From an uncultured Oscillospiraceae bacterium (GTDB taxonomy: Bacteria; Bacillota; Clostridia; Oscillospirales; Oscillospiraceae): a stretch of 64,000 nucleotides of DNA. The translations under genes and the position numbers were made by a program. Position 1 is the first letter of the stretch, and every line of letters begins with the position of its first letter. Shown in pieces: positions 9,854 through 19,219 of this stretch. The notes below the pieces were generated by a model that was given only the letters and a program-made list of their open reading frames with translations, had not been told where the DNA came from and ran no database searches. Location of the stretch: positions 11,768 to 75,767 of the forward strand of contig CANQSU010000001.1 in NCBI GenBank assembly GCA_947626585.1, in the 5' to 3' direction.

Positions 9854-9975
9854 TGGGAGACCGAGTCAGGGGAATCGAACCCCGGCACATAGGAGAGTGC
9901 CTTCCGTCCGTCCCCGGATTGCCTGTCCGCGGGCGGTTTTCGGCCGTATGGGTAATGAGCTTGTGGCGAAGCTCC
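9854..9975 (-). ncRNA. tRNA-like structured RNA candidate 1 (T-arm plus acceptor-like 3' end; not a canonical tRNA)
   Basis: The minus strand contains GGGGUUCGAUUCCCC (a T-arm consensus) followed by CUGACUCGGUCUCCCA. It lies in a 300-nt intergenic gap and is followed by a terminator. I could not fold a full cloverleaf. Confidence 0.3.
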
Positions 9976-10008
9976 TATGGCCGCGGCACTGGGCCGGGCC
10001 ACAGATGT

Positions 10009-11001
10009 TTATCCCGTCGCTTCCGGGACCGTGGGATCGTCGATCACCGCGTCCGGGGGCGGGGTCTCCTCACCGTCATCAACGGTGGGTTCAGCTTGTT
10101 CAGGTTCCGGCAGGGTCTTGCCGCCGGCATCCGGGTGCCCGTTGTATTCGGGATAAATGGCCCGGGCCAGGGACTGGATGTCCGGGTAGCGCTGCGTGAA
10201 CAGCTCCTGGACGGCGTAATTGTCAGCCGTGCCTACGAAGTACCGGTCTGCCTCATTGGGCTTGTCCAGGATGATATATTCTGCCGTGTAGTCCTGGAAC
10301 TCAGCATATTCTTCATCTTCGGAAAGTTTGTCCAGATGTACGATGTACACGGCACACGGGTTGCCGTTCAGGTCACAGGTCATGTATTTGTCGACCAGGG
10401 TGTAATCGTACTTTTTGAACCCGGTGGCGCCGCCGTCGGCGATCATGTCGTAGTAGCCGTTGTCGAACACGTAGTGGTACCAGCCCTGGCGCGTCCAGTG
10501 GAACAGGAGCGGCTCCGTGCCGGTCACGGCCGGGTCCTTGTCGGCCATCAGGATCTGGACGCCGCCCGTGACGGGATTGGCCTTGTATGAGGCGGGCACG
10601 TACATATGCGCGATGCGGTTGTGTTCCTCGCCGGGCTCCACGATGTAGTAGGACGTGCCGCCCGTATCTTCATAATTGTCGTTCTGGCCCTGCTGGTCCG
10701 GGTTTTTGTCCGGCTGGATGTTGGCACGGTTGAAGATGTCCTCATCCGTCTGTTCGGTGATCTGGCCGGGTTCCGGGGCCTGGGTCTCCTGCGTCTGGTC
10801 GGGCTGGTCCGGCTGCTGCGGCGTCGCCGGCGCCGACGGCAGGAACTGCCGGATCAGGAATACGGCGATGATGGCGACCAGGATGCCGCCAATGGCTTTG
10901 GTTTTTACCTGGTCCTTCTTCTCGGGGGACATCTCGTCCCATTTCTTGCGCCAGCCGGTCTTCGGCTTTTTCGGCGCGTCGGGTTTGTTCAGGTCTTTCA
11001 T
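10009..11001 (-). CDS. membrane-anchored hypothetical protein
   Basis: Track ORF with an AGGAGG-like RBS. Lys-rich N-terminus, TM helix GGILVAIIAVFLI, then a Pro/Gln/Asp-rich linker and a globular domain. Confidence 0.62.
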   Translation of the reverse strand: MKDLNKPDAPKKPKTGWRKKWDEMSPEKKDQVKTKAIGGILVAIIAVFLIRQFLPSAPATPQQPDQPDQTQETQAPEPGQITEQTDEDIFNRANIQPDKNPDQQGQNDNYEDTGGTSYYIVEPGEEHNRIAHMYVPASYKANPVTGGVQILMADKDPAVTGTEPLLFHWTRQGWYHYVFDNGYYDMIADGGATGFKKYDYTLVDKYMTCDLNGNPCAVYIVHLDKLSEDEEYAEFQDYTAEYIILDKPNEADRYFVGTADNYAVQELFTQRYPDIQSLARAIYPEYNGHPDAGGKTLPEPEQAEPTVDDGEETPPPDAVIDDPTVPEATG

Positions 11002-11570
11002 GTGTTGCCGTTACCTCCATTCTCGGCTTTGTCCGGGTCGTACCGGGGCCGCAGCGCCTCGAACGCCTTCCGGATGTCGGGCAGCCTGTCGTACAGGTTG
11101 TCGCCGGACTGGTTCAGGAGCATGGGCGAGAAGGACTCCCGCCCGGCGTTCTCTAGGCCGGTGACGATCTCCAGGGCGTATTCTGACGCCGACAGTACTT
11201 TTTCGATGGACGCGTCCGCCGTCACGTCGCCGCCCCAGGTCATGTTCAGGATGGCGTAGATGCAGGACTCCAGGGAGAGGCAGGCCTCTTCGAGTTCTGA
11301 GTTTTCCACGGCGTTGGCCCCGGCCAGCTGGATGCCGGTCGCGGCGTCTGAGAGCATGTCCCTGGTCTCCTGGACCGAGATGGTCAGGCGTTCGTACGGC
11401 TGCTCGTCGATGAGCCTGCCCAGCAGGCCGGACGCGGACTCCAGGCCCTGGAACGACCCGTCCATATAGAGCGTGCCGGTCTTCTCCTGGATGTCGCCGC
11501 GGACCATGTTCCGGAACGCGTCGACAATGGCGTACGCTTTTTTGATCTGTTCTTTTTCAGCGTCTGTCAC
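10998..11570 (-). CDS. hypothetical protein
   Basis: Track ORF with a GTG start behind AGGAGG. Its stop overlaps the next start. Confidence 0.55.
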   Translation of the reverse strand: MTDAEKEQIKKAYAIVDAFRNMVRGDIQEKTGTLYMDGSFQGLESASGLLGRLIDEQPYERLTISVQETRDMLSDAATGIQLAGANAVENSELEEACLSLESCIYAILNMTWGGDVTADASIEKVLSASEYALEIVTGLENAGRESFSPMLLNQSGDNLYDRLPDIRKAFEALRPRYDPDKAENGGNGNT

Positions 11571-11582
11571 GGGTTTTCCTCC

Positions 11583-11993
11583 TTACTTGTCATATAAGCC
11601 CTGTTCCCAGAAATCGGCGAGGCCCCATTCATAAAACGGGCTGACGATGGCAGTCGTGCCGTCCTGCGAGACGAGTGTTTCACACCAGTTGTTCTTCAGG
11701 AGCATTTCAAGGCCGGCCCAGTTGGCATCCGGCGTTGATCTCAATACAACGGCCGGCACCGCCCCGAAGCCCTCCGCCATGGTCTTCGGTTCCTCCAGGG
11801 CGCAGAAATGCGTTTCCGGGTATTTTATCCCCAGATTGGACCGGCGCCACTGGCGGTTCACGAGCGGGAGCAGGAGGTCCCAGTACCGCTGTTCGAAGTC
11901 GTCCTCCGGGTCCCGGAGCACGGCCGTATGGACGCCGTACTGGGGGTGCGGCCACTGCGGGACCGAGCTTTGTGTTATCATAACATGATTCAT
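11583..11993 (-). CDS. hypothetical protein
   Basis: Track ORF 11583..12005 trimmed to ATG (MNHVM) behind an AAAGGGGG RBS. Confidence 0.5.
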   Translation of the reverse strand: MNHVMITQSSVPQWPHPQYGVHTAVLRDPEDDFEQRYWDLLLPLVNRQWRRSNLGIKYPETHFCALEEPKTMAEGFGAVPAVVLRSTPDANWAGLEMLLKNNWCETLVSQDGTTAIVSPFYEWGLADFWEQGLYDK

Positions 11994-12008
11994 CCCCCTT
12001 TTCAAGAG

Positions 12009-13487
12009 TTATCTGTTCAGTTCGCGCCGGACGGCCTCCAGAAGGGCCTCGTTTCCGAAGTCTTTCTGGGCGAGCCCTTTTGCCACGGCTTCGTCGAACG
12101 TGTTCTGGGCGATGATCCGGTGGATGACGACCGGCTGTTTCTGGCCTTTTCGGTACAGGCGGCCGATGGTCTGCAGGTAGTGTTCCAGCGACCAGGGGAT
12201 CGAATACCAGATCAGGGTGGACCCGCCCTCCTGCAGGTTGATACCGTGGCAGTTGGACGCCGGCTGCAGGAGCATTACTTTGTATTCGCCGCGGTTCCAG
12301 GCGTCCTTCATTTCTTCGGACCCGTCGAACCAGACGATCTTGTTGCCCTGGCCCGGGTCGATGGTCTTCAGCAGGCGGTCCTTGTCGCACTGGAAGTGGT
12401 AGGCGATCAGGACGTTGCCGCCGGTGTTGTCGATCAAATACTGGGTCATGGCCAGCTTCTGGTTATGGATCTCATAGACGTTGTGGTCCTGGTCGTAGAT
12501 GGTCCCGGAAGCCATTTGCAGGAGCTTTGCTGCGAGGACGGCCGCGTTGGCAGGCGTCAGGAGCGTTTCCCCGTCGGACGTGCGGAAGCCGGCGAACGGG
12601 TCGATCTCCTCCAGGTCGAATACCCGCATGGTCCTGAGCTTGTTGTATTTGTCCATGGCGTCCTTCGGGAGCGGCACGCGGACGTCGTTAACCCTCATGG
12701 GCGGCAGCCCCAGGTCGGCGTGGACGGAGATGGCGATGTCGCTGATCTTGGCGAAGACTGTGTCCATGGCCCCCTGGTTCGGCTTCCAGCCGACGGCGTG
12801 GCCGTTGACGACCATGGTGGAGTGCATATAGTCGTTCCGGAAGTGGGTGATATAGCGCCCCAGGCGCTGGCCGCCGTCCAGGATCCGGATCTCGCTCCAG
12901 ATATCTTCGAGCGAGTTCGGCATCGGCGTGCCCGTGAGGCCGACGAGGCGGGGCGTGTGTGCGGCCAGGTCGATGATCGCCTGGGTGCGCTGGGTCTTGC
13001 CGCCCTTGAAGCTCTGGAACTCGTCGCAGACGATGAAGTCAAAGGGCCAGACGCGGTTCTGGATGCACCACTCGGAAAGGTCGCTGATGCGGTCCCTGGT
13101 GGTGATGAAGACATAGGTCGCGCCTTTCGGCGTCTGCGGGATGGCTTCGTAGAGGGGCTTCAGATCTTTTAATGGGATGATCATCTTCTTCCCGGTCTTG
13201 GGGTTGACGCGCTCCACCATGGAATAGCACTGGAACGGGAAGCCCCATTTCTTGACCTCGGCGTGCCAGGTGGTGCGGGCGATGGCCTTCGGGGCGACGA
13301 TGAGGACGTTCCGGCAGTCCAGGGCCGCGATGGCGGCCAGTGTCGTCAGGGTCTTGCCATAGCCGATGTCCAGGAACACGCCGCACTTATTGTGCTGAAT
13401 GATAAAGTCCCAGCATTTGATCTGATATGGCTCCATGGCCATGCGCACGGGCTGCGGGATGCGCCCGATATCCGGCTGCTGCAGCAT
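12009..13487 (-). CDS. SNF2/Rad54-family helicase
   Basis: DIGYGKT (motif I), VCDEFQ (motif II), LTGTPMPNSLEDIW (motif III), QTIGRLYRKGQ (motif VI). Confidence 0.88.
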   Translation of the reverse strand: MLQQPDIGRIPQPVRMAMEPYQIKCWDFIIQHNKCGVFLDIGYGKTLTTLAAIAALDCRNVLIVAPKAIARTTWHAEVKKWGFPFQCYSMVERVNPKTGKKMIIPLKDLKPLYEAIPQTPKGATYVFITTRDRISDLSEWCIQNRVWPFDFIVCDEFQSFKGGKTQRTQAIIDLAAHTPRLVGLTGTPMPNSLEDIWSEIRILDGGQRLGRYITHFRNDYMHSTMVVNGHAVGWKPNQGAMDTVFAKISDIAISVHADLGLPPMRVNDVRVPLPKDAMDKYNKLRTMRVFDLEEIDPFAGFRTSDGETLLTPANAAVLAAKLLQMASGTIYDQDHNVYEIHNQKLAMTQYLIDNTGGNVLIAYHFQCDKDRLLKTIDPGQGNKIVWFDGSEEMKDAWNRGEYKVMLLQPASNCHGINLQEGGSTLIWYSIPWSLEHYLQTIGRLYRKGQKQPVVIHRIIAQNTFDEAVAKGLAQKDFGNEALLEAVRRELNR

Positions 13488-13508
13488 GTTCCGGTCCCTC
13501 CTTTCGCA

Positions 13509-14036
13509 TTACTTTTCCGTGAGTTCGTAGTAACAGATCCTGCCGTCCCGTTTTTGGAACACGATCCTGTAACGGCGCTTCCACTGGCGGATCTCACGCA
13601 TGCAGTCAGAGACCGTTCCCCGGTACAAATATGGGTTGGAGTGGTCCGTGAACAGGAAGTGCATCATCGTCTGCTCCCGGTTGTCAAAGTAAGCCGTGAG
13701 CTTGCGGGGCAGGCCGTCGGCGGCCGCCTCGGCGATCGCGCCGGCCCAGTCCTGGTCGAACACCAGCGTGTCGAACGGGAGGTACGTCCCGGCGGGCAAG
13801 GGGTCCCACGGCGCGAAGTCGTCGTTGGTGAGTCCGTAGCCGCCGGACGGGACGACGCCGACCGGCAGGCCGTAGCTCCAGGCCTCCCGGGCGTCCGATA
13901 ATTTGACGCGGCGCACCCGGCCGTTCAGCACGTCCATATTGAGCCTGTGGTCGTTGAATTTCTGGCGCACGAGGCTGTTTTCGGGCTTCACGGCCGCCGT
14001 GTTCTTGGCCGCGTCGCGGTTTTCATAGTCATACAT
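13509..14036 (-). CDS. hypothetical protein
   Basis: Track ORF with protein-like composition. It overlaps the upstream gene end by 8 nt. Confidence 0.55.
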   Translation of the reverse strand: MYDYENRDAAKNTAAVKPENSLVRQKFNDHRLNMDVLNGRVRRVKLSDAREAWSYGLPVGVVPSGGYGLTNDDFAPWDPLPAGTYLPFDTLVFDQDWAGAIAEAAADGLPRKLTAYFDNREQTMMHFLFTDHSNPYLYRGTVSDCMREIRQWKRRYRIVFQKRDGRICYYELTEK

Positions 14037-14808
14037 GGCTTTGTTCTCCTATCTGGTATCCTTCCGGGCGCATCCGGTCGACGATCATCCGGATCAGGCT
14101 CCGGTGGCACAGGCTCTCGTCGTAGCAGGTACACAGGACCGCAATGGGCTTGGTGCGCGATTCACGTTCCAGCTGCCGGAGGGTTTTGAGCGGTTCGTCC
14201 TGCAGCATCTCCTGCAGGAATCTTGGCGCGAAAACCGTGTCGAACTTCTGTTTGTCCCATGTCCCGTTGGCCTTTTCCCGGCGGAACCAGAAGAACAGGT
14301 CTTTCGACGGGGAAAGTTCCGGGACGAGCCTGATGTTGCCGAAGGTGTCACGGATGTCCTTCGGGGCCGAGCGCATGCAGATCCAGGCCTCGGCGTATTT
14401 GGCCAGGGCGTCCTTCTCTTTGTAATAATTACCCGCGTAGACGCCGGGCGGCAGCAAGTTCATGCCGGCCAGCATCTCCTTTGTGACGACAAGGCCGGGG
14501 ATGGACTTTGACTCGAAATATTGCGCGTGCTTTTCGTTGAAATACCGGTCAAAGTCCATCCGCTGGCGGCAGGCGCGGAAGGCGCGCATGAGGGCCGCGT
14601 GCGTCTGTTCCCGGTCCGGGCCGAACAGTACGTAGTCCTCGCACATGTCCTCGGCCTTCGGGGCGGTGAAATAGGCGTAACGCGCCTTTTTCGCGGTACA
14701 TGGGCTGGAACGCTGGAAGTCAAGATATGCTTTTGCGAACGCCTGGAGCGAGTCCGTCGGGAATTCAGCCTCCTGTTCCGGCGTCAGCGTTATCTGGGGA
14801 AGGGGCAT
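14029..14808 (-). CDS. protein with C-terminal DUF488-like domain
   Basis: C-terminal LVPELSPSKDLFFWFRR...WDKQKFDTVFAPRFLQEM...PIAVLCTCYDESLCHRSLI resembles the DUF488 pattern (LaPS..L...w..F...Y..el ... LlC.c....CHR). Confidence 0.55.
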   Translation of the reverse strand: MPLPQITLTPEQEAEFPTDSLQAFAKAYLDFQRSSPCTAKKARYAYFTAPKAEDMCEDYVLFGPDREQTHAALMRAFRACRQRMDFDRYFNEKHAQYFESKSIPGLVVTKEMLAGMNLLPPGVYAGNYYKEKDALAKYAEAWICMRSAPKDIRDTFGNIRLVPELSPSKDLFFWFRREKANGTWDKQKFDTVFAPRFLQEMLQDEPLKTLRQLERESRTKPIAVLCTCYDESLCHRSLIRMIVDRMRPEGYQIGEQSHV

Positions 14809-15706
14809 TTTCTTCAGGTTCCTCCGTTTCTGTGTTTGTTTCTGCTTTGGGTTCCACCCAGTCGGGGAATTTTTCCCGCCACAGCGGCATGACGCTGTCC
14901 AGGTAGGTTTCCGTCCATGACTGGTCCGCCGGCGCCTGTCCCGATTTCGGGTACGGGTTCAGCCGGAACTCGTACTGGTCGTTGGCCTGCACGTCGTTCC
15001 CGTCCGCGTCGGTGCCTTCCGCGCCGATGTAGATGACCAGCCTGTCGGCCTTGATCTCCTCCACGCTGCGGACGGCCATGATCTTTGTCAGGTCCACGCA
15101 GACTTCAGCCGTGTTCTGTGTCGTCGTAAAATTATAGACGCTTGGCTTGTAGCTGTTGCCCTCCAGGTAGGCCATGATCCGGAGGAGCCCGCCCTCGCGC
15201 AGGTTGTCGTAGGCAGCCTTCACGGTGAACCATTTGTGGCCATTTTCATCGACCATGGCCCCGGCCTCGCTGGAGATGTACTCGTAGGAGGACAGGACCT
15301 GCATGTCGTAGGTCAGCTTCCCGTTGGACGCGGGCCGGAGGGAGAGGGTCACGTTCTGGCCGTCGTGTTCCTTCGGAAGGTCCACGGCCGCCCGCATGAC
15401 ATGGTTCGTCACGTCGTCGTAGATGTTGACGCCCTTGACCCATTTCCCGTCCAATTCGATCTGTACGTTCTCCGGCGGCGCGTCCTCGTAACCGATGTCG
15501 ATGGCCAGGTAGGACGGGCAGTTCACCGGGCCCAGGTCCAGCGTTTCCACGTGCTTGGCATACAGCCATTGCCCGTAGTCCGGCAGGATCTGGGCCACGG
15601 CGTACGTGACGGAGATCACGCAGCTGACCAGGATCAGCACGCATACCATGTTGAAGCAGCGCCTGGAGCGCCTCAGACGCTGCGACGTTCTCGGTTTTCT
15701 TGCCAT
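14765..15706 (-). CDS. N-terminally membrane-anchored hypothetical protein
   Basis: Track ORF with a basic N-terminus, TM helix MVCVLILVSCVISVTYAV and an acidic C-terminal tail. Confidence 0.58.
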   Translation of the reverse strand: MARKPRTSQRLRRSRRCFNMVCVLILVSCVISVTYAVAQILPDYGQWLYAKHVETLDLGPVNCPSYLAIDIGYEDAPPENVQIELDGKWVKGVNIYDDVTNHVMRAAVDLPKEHDGQNVTLSLRPASNGKLTYDMQVLSSYEYISSEAGAMVDENGHKWFTVKAAYDNLREGGLLRIMAYLEGNSYKPSVYNFTTTQNTAEVCVDLTKIMAVRSVEEIKADRLVIYIGAEGTDADGNDVQANDQYEFRLNPYPKSGQAPADQSWTETYLDSVMPLWREKFPDWVEPKAETNTETEEPEENAPSPDNADAGTGG

Positions 15707-15726
15707 CTTGGCGCCCCTTTCGTGAT

Positions 15727-18546
15727 TCAGTTGTCGTCTTCGGAAGCGTCGTCATCGTTGGCGCCGTCAGTGCCGTCGTGCGCGGCGACGTTGCACCAGT
15801 TGGCGTACGCGTTCTTCAGCAGTTCGATATAGTACCCGTCGTCCAGGTTGTCGATGAGGCTTTTGGCGACGGGCTCGGGGATCTCGTCCAGCGCCCGGTT
15901 GTAGATGAACATGTTCTGTTCCGGGTCGATGCGGGAGATCTTGATGACGCGGGTGTTCGTGTAGCGGTCAGGGTCCACGCCGTAGGCCCGGAGGACCTGG
16001 TCGGCGATGTCGTCGTGACCGGAGCCGCGGTTCTGCCCGTTTGCGATATACAGGTGGGCGCCTTCCTTGCGGATGGCGAAGATCCTGTTGTTGTGCTGGA
16101 ACGTCCGGACTTTGCCGTCGATCATGGCGAAGATGTACCGGACGCTGCCCTCCATGGAGTTGATGATCTGTTGGTACAGCATGAGGAGCTTGAGCGGGGG
16201 CAGGGACTGCTTGTAGCCGTCCAGGATCTCGGCCGCGTGGATCTCGTCAAAGGGCTGGTTCACGCTGTACTTGATCAGGTAGTCGACCAGCAGGCGGTCG
16301 ATCATGGCCGGGTGCGAGATCGCCTTGTTCGGAACGGGGCCGTCCCAGCAGGCCGTGTCACCGCCGGAGGCGGACAGGAGCTTGCCTTTGAGCGATACTT
16401 CAATGCGGTTGTTGGCGTCCTTAGACACCAACCGCATCTCCTCAGGCTCGATGTCAACGCCGATGTCGGCGGCCTCCCGGGCCAGGATCTCGCGGCAGCG
16501 GTCACGGTTGGACGCGTCGCAGACGGCGTAAAGGCCGTCTGTATTGGTACTGGTGATCTTGAAGCCCTCCAGGGTCTGTGCCTGGCCGATACGCCAGGTG
16601 AACATCTGGCCGATGAGCCGCATGGAGATGATGACGTTGTTCATCCGGATCGGGTTGTCGTAGGCAGTGTCCGAGGCGCCGGAGGCGGAGTTCAGGATCA
16701 GCTTGGTGCCCTCGCGCATGGTCTTATAGAAGTCACGCTCGGATTTGGGCCGGGACTGGTCCTTCATATACTTGCCGAAGGTGCCCTTGTTGTGGAACTG
16801 CTGGACATACCTGTCCTCGCCGAGGGCCGGGTTCTCGTAGGCCTTCATGTTCATCAGGAGGCACGGGTAGTAGGACGTGAAGTCCTCATGGTCGACCTCG
16901 TCGTCGGAACACCAGACGTAACGCTTGTTCAGCTGCCAGCTGCCGCCGGTCTTGGTCTTGTTGAAGGTGAAGAGCTCCACGGGCTTCGGGTACTTGATCT
17001 TCACCGTGATCTCGCCGGTGGCCTTGTCCTTGCTCAGGGTGACATAGTCGGAGCGCTTGTACTTTTCGCCGTCGATCGTCACGGTGGGCTTTAATTTCTT
17101 GAGTTCTTCTTCGGTGAAATGTCCGGTGAACGCCAGGACCTCGGCCATGCGCCTGTCGTAGGCCGCCAGCTCCTGGAGGTATTTCTCCTGGTTGTATTCG
17201 GCGCCGTGAATGCCGCCGATCCCGAAGTTGACGTAGGTGCGGGACGGGGTCCCGTCGGCGTTGAAGTACGGAACGGCTGTGCAGGGCATGGGGATGTCGG
17301 TGATCTTGCCCGGGTCCTTCGCGTCGAACAGATATGCCTGCTCGTAATGCTCGGAGTCGTCGTAATTGCGGCCCTCGATGGCGCCGTACCAGTCGAAGAT
17401 GGGCCCGAGGTACTTTTCCATGATCTCGGGGTGGTCACGGAATTTCTTTTCCGCCCAGGCACGGGTCTCCGCCAGGACGTTGCGCCCGGAGCCCTTGGGA
17501 TATTCGAAGCTGACCGCGGGGATGTCCTTGAGCCAGCCGTCGGGGCAGAGAACCCGCTGCGCGAACTTGGCGCTGGTGTCGTCGGCCCGCATGCGGTTGA
17601 TCCTCTGGGACTTCTTTCCGTCCTCCTCGGTCTTGAAGACCAGGTCGGGGTACGCGTCCAGAAGCCCCTTCTTGAGCTGGAACTGTGCGGCGTACGCCGG
17701 GTGCTCGAACAGGATGGACAGTTTCACGCAGTCGGACGCGTTGTAGGCGAACAGGTCGGCGATCTTGTCCGGGCCGGTGACCGGGGCGTCGCCCTTCACG
17801 ACCTCGTCCTCGAAGATGTCCATACCCATCATGCCCATGATGCGCTTCAACGGCATTTTATAGATCTTGTCGTTGACCTTCGCGGCGTCGATGTAGATGC
17901 CGGTGCGGAGCATGTTCTCGTAGATGTTCTTCTCCAACTCGTTCAGGGCGTCCTTCATGTTGTCACGGTAGCCGTTGAACAGGATGTTATTGAACCGCCG
18001 CATGGTGGCGGCCTCCGTCGGCATGAACCGCGGGATGCGGCCGGAGCCGGCAAAGCCCCAGGTCTCGTTGAAGTAGCTGGCCATCATGACGCAGTCGTAG
18101 TTCTGGGTATTGTAGCCGATCACGTACGGGAACCGCAGGTCGCGGTCCAGGTCGGTATGCTGTTTCGCAACCAGTCCCCGGAAGTCGTTTTCGTAGTCCT
18201 TCCCGAAGGCCCGCTTGTTGTCCACGCTGAACCAGTCCAGGATCAGGCGGTTGGCGTTTTCCGTGGACAGGTCCATGAAGCGGATCTCGGTCCTTTCCGG
18301 GTCCAGCTGCCTGTTCTTCTCAAAGACGCGGTCGCGGATCACCTGGCCCAGTTCCTTGGTCAGCTTCATGCCGTCGAACAGGTAGAAGAACACCATCCAG
18401 TCCTTGGGGTCGGCCTTGTCGCTGGAGAGCATTTCGGATTTCGGGAAGTACATGGCGAACATGAAGATGTTGGCCAGCGATTCGATGTCCCAGAAGGACA
18501 GGGGCCGCCCGTCCCGGGTACTGGCCTGGTTAGCTTGTTGGGACAT
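15727..18546 (-). CDS. family B DNA polymerase
   Basis: Track ORF 15727..18579 trimmed to MSQQ behind AGGAGGG. ExoI FWDIES, ExoII YNTQNYDCVMM, ExoIII YNASDCVKL, motif A DFTSYYPCLL, motif B KLILNSASGA, motif C TSTNTDGLY. Confidence 0.9.
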   Translation of the reverse strand: MSQQANQASTRDGRPLSFWDIESLANIFMFAMYFPKSEMLSSDKADPKDWMVFFYLFDGMKLTKELGQVIRDRVFEKNRQLDPERTEIRFMDLSTENANRLILDWFSVDNKRAFGKDYENDFRGLVAKQHTDLDRDLRFPYVIGYNTQNYDCVMMASYFNETWGFAGSGRIPRFMPTEAATMRRFNNILFNGYRDNMKDALNELEKNIYENMLRTGIYIDAAKVNDKIYKMPLKRIMGMMGMDIFEDEVVKGDAPVTGPDKIADLFAYNASDCVKLSILFEHPAYAAQFQLKKGLLDAYPDLVFKTEEDGKKSQRINRMRADDTSAKFAQRVLCPDGWLKDIPAVSFEYPKGSGRNVLAETRAWAEKKFRDHPEIMEKYLGPIFDWYGAIEGRNYDDSEHYEQAYLFDAKDPGKITDIPMPCTAVPYFNADGTPSRTYVNFGIGGIHGAEYNQEKYLQELAAYDRRMAEVLAFTGHFTEEELKKLKPTVTIDGEKYKRSDYVTLSKDKATGEITVKIKYPKPVELFTFNKTKTGGSWQLNKRYVWCSDDEVDHEDFTSYYPCLLMNMKAYENPALGEDRYVQQFHNKGTFGKYMKDQSRPKSERDFYKTMREGTKLILNSASGASDTAYDNPIRMNNVIISMRLIGQMFTWRIGQAQTLEGFKITSTNTDGLYAVCDASNRDRCREILAREAADIGVDIEPEEMRLVSKDANNRIEVSLKGKLLSASGGDTACWDGPVPNKAISHPAMIDRLLVDYLIKYSVNQPFDEIHAAEILDGYKQSLPPLKLLMLYQQIINSMEGSVRYIFAMIDGKVRTFQHNNRIFAIRKEGAHLYIANGQNRGSGHDDIADQVLRAYGVDPDRYTNTRVIKISRIDPEQNMFIYNRALDEIPEPVAKSLIDNLDDGYYIELLKNAYANWCNVAAHDGTDGANDDDASEDDN

Positions 18547-19219
18547 TACGGTCCCTCCTTTCGGTTTTGGTGTTGACAAAATTCTTGATCCGGTCGAACT
18601 CTTCCGGTGTCACGCGGATGCCGGAGTAGTGCCGTGCCACGATGTCGCAAACGTTGTGGTTCCCGTCCCGGGCGTGGCCCTTTGTGTGCTCGAACATGAT
18701 CGAAAGCCCGGAGCGGCGCGCCCGCTTGAAGGCGCTCCGCAGGTTCGTGTACGGGGCCCCTTTCCCGGCATACGCGTCCACGTTGGCGGCGCATACTGGG
18801 AGGGCTGCGCAGTCGTACCGGACCACGGCGTTTTTCACGGCCGGGAACGTGTCCAGCAGGACGGAGATCCCGATGGCCAGGGCATAGGCTTCGGCGTCGA
18901 CGGAGCTTGACGCCCGCACGCGGCGGCCGAAGGTCATGGTCCGGCCGTCCGACACGATGCGTATGCCCACGCCGCCGGTGCCGGCCTTGGCGTTATAGCT
19001 GCCGTCGGTCCATACGGTGACGGCGGCGCCGGGGTCCCTCTGGACTTCCTGGCGGATGGCCGCCTTCGCGGCGGCAACGTTCCGGTCGATGATGCTCCTT
19101 ACGAACACGTTTTCCGTGCAGGCGTAGGTGTTGAACAGGTCCCGGAGCTGCGCTTCCGCGAGGCGCCGCGCATGGGTGTTCTGCCGGTCACACTTCCCGG
19201 TAGTGGCCGTCTGGGCCAT
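18530..19219 (-). CDS. RNase H-like protein (second copy, divergent)
   Basis: VWTDGSYNAKAGTGGVGI, DAEAYALAIG and EHTKGHARDGNHNVCD follow the RNase HI D-E-D-D arrangement. Confidence 0.68.
   Translation of the reverse strand: MAQTATTGKCDRQNTHARRLAEAQLRDLFNTYACTENVFVRSIIDRNVAAAKAAIRQEVQRDPGAAVTVWTDGSYNAKAGTGGVGIRIVSDGRTMTFGRRVRASSSVDAEAYALAIGISVLLDTFPAVKNAVVRYDCAALPVCAANVDAYAGKGAPYTNLRSAFKRARRSGLSIMFEHTKGHARDGNHNVCDIVARHYSGIRVTPEEFDRIKNFVNTKTERRDRNVPTS

Noticed and set aside
15700-18576. Plus-strand ORFs 15700..17094 (464 aa) and 17119..18576 (485 aa)
   Set aside because: They lie antisense to the family B polymerase, whose frame carries all exo and pol motifs. The plus-strand products are Gly/Val/Asp/His-rich shadow sequences typical of high-GC DNA.
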